This document shows, piece after piece, positions 58,062-64,000 of a stretch of 64,000 nucleotides of DNA. The position numbers and the translations under genes are program-made. The notes below the pieces were generated by a model, which searched no databases, was not told the DNA's origin, and saw only the letters and a list, made by a program, of their open reading frames with translations. The stretch's first letter is position 1; every line of letters begins with the position of its first letter. The stretch spans positions 2,176,001 to 2,240,000 of the forward strand of contig CBDBCY010000004.1 of NCBI GenBank assembly GCA_965203555.1. Direction: 5' to 3'. The DNA is from Acidimicrobiia bacterium. GTDB lineage: Bacteria; Actinomycetota; Acidimicrobiia; Spongiisociales; ZC4RG35.

Positions 58062-58991
58062 GTGATGGCGACGATCGCCTACCCACCCATTCCGGTATGG
58101 GAAATCGGGCCCTTGAGGTTTTCCCTGCACGGAGTTTTCGCCGCGGTGGGTTTCTTCGCGGGTTTTTGGTTGGTGGCCCGCATGCTGGAAGCAAGAGGTT
58201 TCGATCCGGCCGGATTCCACTCGTTGGCGGTCTGGATACTGGTGGGAGGGCTGCTGGGGGCCCGCCTTCTCACCGCGCCTGCCGCCCTACTGGACGGAGC
58301 GGGGTTGGAGGCGCTCAACCCGGTGGTGGGCAACTACTCGATCATGGGAGGATTCGTGGGGGGAATAGTGGTGGGAGTTTGGAGAATTCGCCGTCTCAAT
58401 CTTCCTCTCCTGCCGATTCTTGACTTGGCGGCCTTCGGCCTGGCAGCGGGCACCTTCGTGGGTCGGATTGGCGACCTCGCCATAGTTGAGCATCTTGGCC
58501 GGGCAACTGAAGCCGCCTGGGGCTATGAAGTGCGACCCGGCTATGACCTGGCGCCCCAGCACAACGGGTTGGAATGTACGGTGGCAGAGGCAGGCCCGGA
58601 TGGAGTCTGCGGGATCTACCACCATGTCGCCTTGTATGACATGCTGGGCGCCGGGGTGCTCCTGCTGGTGCTGTGGCTGGTATACGGAAAAGCGCCGTTG
58701 CGGTACGGCCAGGTGTTTTCTTTGTGGGTCGTGTGGTACGGCCTCCAGAGGTTTGTGCTGGACTCGCTCAGGTTTGGGATGGGAGACGCCACGCTCGGAG
58801 GATTCACCTGGAATCAGGTAAGCGCACTCGGTGGTGCGGTGGTGGGGTTGGCTCTCTGGATGTGGTTTGGCAAGCGCCGGCCAAGGGTTTCCTCCGAGGT
58901 GGATGAGGGTATGGGGGCCGTGTCCACGGGTACTTCCGAAGAGAACTCACCAGTGGAGGACCATTTGCGCCATCCGCCCGATGCGGAGTAA
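58062..58991 (+). CDS. lgt: Prolipoprotein diacylglyceryl transferase
   Basis: IGPL..SLHG, GLLGARL, S..GG, GRIGD, LYD, Y...RF..D.LR, TWNQ. Confidence 0.85.
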   Translation: MMATIAYPPIPVWEIGPLRFSLHGVFAAVGFFAGFWLVARMLEARGFDPAGFHSLAVWILVGGLLGARLLTAPAALLDGAGLEALNPVVGNYSIMGGFVGGIVVGVWRIRRLNLPLLPILDLAAFGLAAGTFVGRIGDLAIVEHLGRATEAAWGYEVRPGYDLAPQHNGLECTVAEAGPDGVCGIYHHVALYDMLGAGVLLLVLWLVYGKAPLRYGQVFSLWVVWYGLQRFVLDSLRFGMGDATLGGFTWNQVSALGGAVVGLALWMWFGKRRPRVSSEVDEGMGAVSTGTSEENSPVEDHLRHPPDAE

Positions 58992-59003
58992 GATTTTCTT
59001 GGG

Positions 59004-59066
59004 ATGTTGGCAGAAGGGTTTGACCGCTATTTCGTCTTTACCGGGCCCCGGCTCCGGTGGGCATAG
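59004..59066 (+). CDS. Putative attenuator leader peptide MLAEGFDRYFVFTGPRLRWA
   Basis: 20 codons including F, Y, F, F, W, using TTT/TAT codons that are uncommon at this GC content. It lies directly upstream of a terminator and the DAHPS-CM gene. Confidence 0.7.
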   Translation: MLAEGFDRYFVFTGPRLRWA

Positions 59067-59092
59067 CGCGGACCAATAACCGGCAAGCGCCT

Positions 59093-59122
59093 GACCCGGA
59101 GCCCGGCTCCGGGTTTTCTTTT
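59093..59122 (+). terminator. Rho-independent terminator (attenuator) upstream of DAHPS-CM
   Basis: Stem ACCCGGAGC/GCTCCGGGT followed by TTTCTTTT. The alternative pairing partner GGCTCCGG (59050-59057) lies inside the leader ORF. Confidence 0.8.
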
Positions 59123-59160
59123 GCCCGAGGCCGGTTCCCGACATAAACAAGCTAAGAGGT

Positions 59161-60216
59161 GTGGCAGTGGAGAGACAAGCAACCAGGGAAAGCCGATCAA
59201 AACGCACCGTGGTAAAGGTGGGGGAGACCAGAATCGGACGCGATCCGTTTCCGGTGATAGCCGGACCCTGCGCAGTGGAAAGCGAAGAACAGATCAACAC
59301 GGTGGCGGAAACCGTGGCCGACAATGGGGCTTCGATCTTGCGGGCGGCGACTTACCGGCAGGGTCACTCTCCCTACTTCTTCCGTGGTTTGAGACTTGAG
59401 GGAGCGAAACTCCTGGCCGAGGCGGGAAGGCGGGTGGACTTGCCTGTGGCAATGCCGATTATGGAAGAGCGGGAATTGGAGGAGGCGGGCGATCTGGTGG
59501 ATCTGCTGGAGATTCACCACGGGTCCATGCAGAATTTCGAGTTGCTGAGGGTGGCCGGTCGATCCCAGAAGCCGGTGATGCTTCGTCGCGGCTCCTCTGC
59601 GACACTCGACGAATTCCTGTGGGCGGTCGAGTACCTGATGGCCGAGGGTAACGACCAGGTTATTTTGGTGGAGCGAGGCATCCGCACATTCGGAGCGGGC
59701 CATCGCGACACGCTTGACATCACCGCAGTCCCGCAATTGAAGGAGATCTCCCACCTTCCGGTGCTGGTTGATCCGAGTCACGCTTCCGGGGGCGCTGAGC
59801 GAGTTCCACCATTGGCGCTGGCGGCCCAGGGAGTGGGTTCGGACGGGCTGATCGTCGAAGTCCATCCCGAGCCTGCCAAGGCGAAGACCGAGGGCCCTCG
59901 TCAGTTAGACCTAGTGGAGTTCGCCGAGTTGATGGTGCAGTTGGGAATCAGCCGGCTTCGTTCGAGGATCGATCTGGTGGATCGGGAGATCGTGCGACTG
60001 CTGGCCCGCAGGCAGCGGCTTTCGCTCAAGATCGGCCGCGCCAAGGCCGATCGGGGTTGGCCGGTTCAAAGTTCCCGGCGAGAAACGGTGTTGTTGGACG
60101 CGGTGCGTGAGGAAGCTGTCTTGAACGAACTCGACCCGGACCAGATCGAGGAACTGTTCAATGTGGTGCTGGAAGGATCGCGCCAGGCTCAACAGGATAT
60201 GCGTTCGGATGGGTGA
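59161..60216 (+). CDS. DAHP synthase (type I-beta-like, degenerate active site) fused to C-terminal AroQ chorismate mutase
   Basis: IAGPCAVE, MQNFELL, ERGIRTF, DPSH and EVH are present, but KPRT is replaced by RQGH. C-terminal LRSRIDLVDREIVRLLARR...IG.AK...RE...SR..Q. Confidence 0.88.
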   Translation: MAVERQATRESRSKRTVVKVGETRIGRDPFPVIAGPCAVESEEQINTVAETVADNGASILRAATYRQGHSPYFFRGLRLEGAKLLAEAGRRVDLPVAMPIMEERELEEAGDLVDLLEIHHGSMQNFELLRVAGRSQKPVMLRRGSSATLDEFLWAVEYLMAEGNDQVILVERGIRTFGAGHRDTLDITAVPQLKEISHLPVLVDPSHASGGAERVPPLALAAQGVGSDGLIVEVHPEPAKAKTEGPRQLDLVEFAELMVQLGISRLRSRIDLVDREIVRLLARRQRLSLKIGRAKADRGWPVQSSRRETVLLDAVREEAVLNELDPDQIEELFNVVLEGSRQAQQDMRSDG

Positions 60217-60299
60217 GGCTGACTAACGCTCTTCACAGGATCGCCCGGGTCGGCTAGCATTTTCACCGGGTCGGCTTCGGATGCGGTCGGCCAAGCCAC

Positions 60300-60372
60300 G
60301 GCCCCGTCGTCCAGCGGCCTAGGACGCCGGCCTTTCAAGCCGGTAACGCGGGTTCAAATCCCGTCGGGGCTA
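60300..60372 (+). tRNA. tRNA-Glu (anticodon TTC)
   Basis: Acceptor stem GGCCCCG/CGGGGCT, anticodon arm CCGGC-CTTTCAA-GCCGG, T-arm GGTTCAAATCC. CCA is not encoded. Confidence 0.95.
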
Positions 60373-60405
60373 CCGCTGCTGCGAGAGCGTCCAAGCGGGG
60401 ACGGT

Positions 60406-62064
60406 CTATTCCGACGCAGTTGTAACGTAGTGGGTTCCTCGCTTGGTGCCTCGCATTTCCAAAACGCCCGCCCCGAGGAGTTCTTTCAGCAGACCCAGCG
60501 CTTGAAAACGGGAAACCCCTAGTCGTGAACGCAGGGACCGGTTCGTTACGGGACCCTCTCTTGCCATTTTTAGCACCTCGGACCTCATTTCGCTTTTGTT
60601 CAGGGGTACCCGGGAAGGGGGCGTTATCGTGCGAGCGAGACGGTACCGTGCTCCTCCTTTGATGCCGTCTTGTTCCAGGAAGCCCGCATCGCGTAGCCTG
60701 TGAAGGCTCTGGCGGGCATTGTGGCTATCAACATCGAGCAACCGTCTAGTGTAGGCGTTGGTTAACTCGGCACCGCGGGCGGCCTCGACCAGGACGCGCC
60801 GATCTACTGCTCTGAGTTGGCCCCGGGCCTCCTGTTCTCGTACCCATGCCCGTTCTTCTGGAGCTACGGGACTCTCGATGGGCAGGCGGACCGTCACATG
60901 ACCGGTTGTTTCTTCGGCAAAGACAGGCTCGGCTCTGAGGTCTGCAGCCATTTCGTCGAAGATGACCCGTATGCCACGACCAGCATCCTCGGCCATGCGA
61001 AAGTGGCGCAACGTTTGGATAACGACCCTGTTCCTTGCGGAATGCGATGTTCGGAGGTTGTCTATGGTTATTGGGTCTATTAGGCCACCAGGGGAGGTGA
61101 CCTCAACTCCTTGAGGTGTCACGTGGACTTCGACTGCCGACCCTGACAGCTGGTAGTCACGATGGGCGACGGCATTGGCCAAGGCCTCTCTTACTGCCCT
61201 GGTGGGAAGGCGGGGCAATTCGTAGGCATTGAGACCTACCACAACGAAGTCAATACCGATCTGCTCCACTATCCAGGATGTTGCTTCTCGCACCTGGTGG
61301 GCAGGGGTCCCTGATATTACGACTCGCCGGTCGTACTCCTGGGCCCCCTGTTGGTAACGAAAAAGCTCAATGTAACATTTACCGAGGGATTGTGGTGCTT
61401 CTGGGACAAGGTAGAGGGCACCGGCATGGGTCAAGGCGACATCGTGACCCTGCTGCATGGCCAACCGGCGTTGGATCAGGACATCCGAGAGGGCTGCTCC
61501 GTGCTTTGGCCCGATTTCCAGAGCTGTGCATAACTCAATGGCGAGAGTGGGGTCGACATCATCAATAGACCACCGTGATGGTCCGCTGTCAAACCCTAGA
61601 AGTGATCGTTGGTTCATCAAGCGCCGGAGATGTTCTCCCTTGAGTGCCAGGTTCTGCTTTCCCCTGCGGACCAAAGGCCTGCCGTCCGAGGTTTGAGCGA
61701 TGCCCTGCCGCCGGTCTGCAACGGAGATGACCGTAAGGCGGACCTCCCCTACCAAGACCTCATTCAGCTTGACCTGTCCTGGCGACTCGATCTCGTTGAT
61801 GGTCTCCCAGAGGTCCTTCTCTAGCCCCGCATCGAGGGGCTTGTCGATAGGCTGTCCTTGTCTATTGACTCCGATCATGATCACCCCGCCCTCGGCGTTG
61901 GAAAAGGCCACAATGGCCTCTTGGATCGGCTTGCGGCTTGATCCCGACTTCCACTCCACATGCTGGCCCTCGTCAGGGAACTGCTCTGCGAACTCTTCCG
62001 CAGTCATGAAGAGCGTTTGGTCTATGCGCTCAACCCATCGCCAAATATATGCAGGACTTCTCAC
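60406..62064 (-). CDS. AlbA_2/Schlafen-domain ATP-binding protein with HATPase-like and winged-helix domains
   Basis: EGQHVEWKS...AFSNAEGG..IGV, REALANAVAHRDY, SPGG, RN..., AEDAGRGI, two C-terminal wHTH-like segments (G.KGGARY, GTKRGTHY). Confidence 0.88.
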   Translation of the reverse strand: MRSPAYIWRWVERIDQTLFMTAEEFAEQFPDEGQHVEWKSGSSRKPIQEAIVAFSNAEGGVIMIGVNRQGQPIDKPLDAGLEKDLWETINEIESPGQVKLNEVLVGEVRLTVISVADRRQGIAQTSDGRPLVRRGKQNLALKGEHLRRLMNQRSLLGFDSGPSRWSIDDVDPTLAIELCTALEIGPKHGAALSDVLIQRRLAMQQGHDVALTHAGALYLVPEAPQSLGKCYIELFRYQQGAQEYDRRVVISGTPAHQVREATSWIVEQIGIDFVVVGLNAYELPRLPTRAVREALANAVAHRDYQLSGSAVEVHVTPQGVEVTSPGGLIDPITIDNLRTSHSARNRVVIQTLRHFRMAEDAGRGIRVIFDEMAADLRAEPVFAEETTGHVTVRLPIESPVAPEERAWVREQEARGQLRAVDRRVLVEAARGAELTNAYTRRLLDVDSHNARQSLHRLRDAGFLEQDGIKGGARYRLARTITPPSRVPLNKSEMRSEVLKMAREGPVTNRSLRSRLGVSRFQALGLLKELLGAGVLEMRGTKRGTHYVTTASE

Positions 62065-62088
62065 GAGAGCCCATCCTAGCCGCCCGCT

Positions 62089-62117
62089 ACTATAATTGCA
62101 TCATAAAAAGGGTTCAA
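62089..62117 (-). promoter_or_regulatory. Sigma70-type promoter TTGAAC-N17-TATAGT for the AlbA_2 gene
   Basis: Read on the minus strand with exact 17-nt spacing, in an AT-rich patch. Confidence 0.6.
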
Positions 62118-62371
62118 AAGCGGGATTTTCTTTGTCAATTTTCTTGGATATGTTGCCTTTCTTCAAATCCAGGCATCAATTATTGCGCAAGAGTTATGTG
62201 GCACTTGTGGTAATGTAGAGCCTCTTCCCCTTTTATTTTTAAATCTAACATATTTCTTCTATTTTCCTTGGAACTCAAACATTTCGTTGAGAACGATTGG
62301 AGTCCTCGAAGAAGAAATTGGAGGGCTTTACATGACGCCTTTCGGTACTAGAGTCCTGGATGTCTCCCTAG

Positions 62372-62911
62372 ATGTCAGTACCGCTTTACAACCGTTTCTT
62401 GGCCGTGCTGGTCCTGATGGCCCTGCTGGTGGTGGTGGCTTTGATGTTCCGGCCCGTGAGGCGGGCGGCGTTGGGGCTGGGAATGGGAGAATCGTGGCGA
62501 TGGCTGGCGTTTGGGGTAGCGGCGCTGGCCACGGCCGGGAGTCTGGGTTTTTCGGAGGTGATCGGCTATGAACCGTGCGAGTTGTGCTGGTACCAGCGGA
62601 TCGCCATGTATCCGATGGTGGTGATCTTCGGGGTGGACTTGATGAGAAGCGGGGCGAGGACCCGCCGTTACGCGTTGCCGTTGGCCGCGGTCGGATTGGT
62701 CATCAGCATCTATCACTATGTGCTGCAGGTGTTTCCCGCCGCGGGGGCCGGAGTGTGCGGGACGGGAGTGTCATGTTCGGCCCGCTATGTCGAAGAGTTC
62801 GGGTTCGTCTCGATCCCGTTCATGGCCGGGGTGTCATTCGCCCTGATTATCGCTATTCTTCTGACCTTGGGTCGACCGGTTGTGACAGGAGTGCAAGCTG
62901 ATGACGGCTAG
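62372..62911 (+). CDS. Disulfide bond formation protein (DsbB/BdbC type)
   Basis: PCELCWYQRIAMYP, second Cys pair C....C, IPFMA. Confidence 0.9.
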   Translation: MSVPLYNRFLAVLVLMALLVVVALMFRPVRRAALGLGMGESWRWLAFGVAALATAGSLGFSEVIGYEPCELCWYQRIAMYPMVVIFGVDLMRSGARTRRYALPLAAVGLVISIYHYVLQVFPAAGAGVCGTGVSCSARYVEEFGFVSIPFMAGVSFALIIAILLTLGRPVVTGVQADDG

Positions 62912-63569
62912 AGGGCAGAAGGCCAGGAACCAAAGAAAGTGGTTGATTATCGGAGGGGTGGCGGCGGCCGTTCTGATTGCCGGCCTGGTGGCTGTCTTCA
63001 CGGTTACCGGCGCCGAACCAGAGCCGGTGCAGGTTACGGTGACCGGGGATCCCATTCCGATCCTGGCAGGAAATGCTCCCGTGGGGCAGGACATCGCCTT
63101 CGGTTGGGATTCTCCGACCTTGGCCGGGTCGGACTGGATTGGCAACCCCGTGACTATCGATCCCGCTGACGGGCGTCCCAAACTGATCGTGTTCCTGGCG
63201 CACTGGTGTCCTCACTGCCAGGCAGAGGTTCCCCAAGTCCAGGCATGGCTCAACGAGACCGGCGGCAATCCAAATGTCGACATCTACGGTGTGGCAACTT
63301 CGATCAACCGCTCCCGTCCCAACTGGCCTCCGAGCGACTGGTTGGAACGAGAGGGTTGGACTCCGCCCACCGTGATGGACAGGAACAACAAGGCGGCCAC
63401 GGCGTTTGGCCTGTCGGCCTTTCCCTATTGGGTGGCCGTGAACCCAGAAGGCAAGGTTGTGTATCGCATCGCCGCAGGGATTGGCATCGAAGGGTTGCTT
63501 AGCCTCCAGCATCTGGCGCAGCAGACCATGGAGGAGTTGCAAGGCTTAATATCGCAGAACCAGAGTTGA
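62901..63569 (+). CDS. Membrane-anchored thioredoxin-like thiol-disulfide oxidoreductase
   Basis: N-terminal TM, FLAHWCPHCQAE, AFP cis-Pro loop. Confidence 0.88.
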   Translation: MTARGQKARNQRKWLIIGGVAAAVLIAGLVAVFTVTGAEPEPVQVTVTGDPIPILAGNAPVGQDIAFGWDSPTLAGSDWIGNPVTIDPADGRPKLIVFLAHWCPHCQAEVPQVQAWLNETGGNPNVDIYGVATSINRSRPNWPPSDWLEREGWTPPTVMDRNNKAATAFGLSAFPYWVAVNPEGKVVYRIAAGIGIEGLLSLQHLAQQTMEELQGLISQNQS

Positions 63570-63583
63570 TCTGGCCGGATACC

Positions 63584-64000
63584 TCAGCGCTGGTCGTCGA
63601 GACTATTGATTTTGGCTAGGCGTCGCAGGTAGGAATTCTTGCGGATCAGTCTGCTGTCGAGGAAGGTCTTGGCCAGTTCCTCGGCGAGAGCGGGACCGAT
63701 CACTCGGCTTCCCAGGCAGAGCAGGTTCATATCGTCGTGCTCGACCGCCTGCCGGGCGGAATAGGTGTCGTGGGCGATCGACGCCCGGATGCCCTTGACC
63801 TTGTTTGCGGCCATGGACGCTCCCACCCCGGAGCCGCAAATCATGATTCCCCGTTCGGCTCTTCCCTCCACAACAGCATGGGCGACGGCCACCGCGTAAT
63901 CGGGATAGTCAACCGAATCAGAGGTATGGGCGCCCAGATCGAAAACGGTGTGACCCTGGCTGGTGAGGAAGCCGGTGAGTTGTTGTTTCAGAGAAAATCC
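63584..64000 (-). CDS. rpiB: Ribose-5-phosphate isomerase B (RpiB/LacAB), 5'-truncated at window edge
   Basis: DLG....SVDYPDYA, ICGSGVGASMAANKVKGIRA, A.EHDD.N.L.LG.RVIG. Confidence 0.92.
   Translation of the reverse strand, partial: GFSLKQQLTGFLTSQGHTVFDLGAHTSDSVDYPDYAVAVAHAVVEGRAERGIMICGSGVGASMAANKVKGIRASIAHDTYSARQAVEHDDMNLLCLGSRVIGPALAEELAKTFLDSRLIRKNSYLRRLAKINSLDDQR

Noticed and set aside
60245-60275. Direct repeat CCGGGTCGGCT x2 upstream of the tRNA
   Set aside because: 11 bp, GC-rich and only two copies; no supportable function.
62110-62170. GGGTTCAAA and TTCAAATCC matching the tRNA-Glu T-loop, as a possible attR
   Set aside because: Only 9-bp matches that do not extend into the tRNA 3' acceptor sequence; one overlaps the predicted -35 box; no integrase is present.

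Overview
GC-rich bacterial chromosomal window, most consistent with an actinobacterium of the Acidimicrobiia type. This assignment is an inference from bS22, a LigC-type ligase, lipoprotein cytochromes, a caa3-type oxidase operon and many leaderless TANNNT promoters. The window is densely coding (~60 genes). It contains a heterodimeric ABC exporter, clpB, MscS, thrB, acyl-CoA catabolism genes, a Tat-less molybdoenzyme/NrfD module, mmsA, zwf, a full caa3 cytochrome c oxidase operon, and a peptide/nickel-type ABC transporter embedded in a catabolic cluster (SDRs, cupin, ceramidase-like hydrolase, lactonase, epimerase-like). It also has lgt, tRNA-Glu(UUC), a DsbB/thioredoxin pair and a partial rpiB. 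Three PIN/VapC loci (one frameshifted), a Fic protein and an AlbA_2/Schlafen ATP-binding protein are scattered between these genes. No IS element, integrase, rRNA or CRISPR array was seen. The most notable observations are: (1) a DAHP-synthase/chorismate-mutase fusion whose DAHPS active-site motifs are degenerate; (2) an unannotated Phe/Tyr-rich leader peptide directly upstream of it, with terminator/antiterminator geometry; (3) a possible His-based metal (copper?) module near the oxidase operon; (4) a large non-canonical partner gene upstream of a decayed VapC; (5) a ferredoxin that appears to need a non-canonical start codon. All calls come from motif reading only; no database searches were run.
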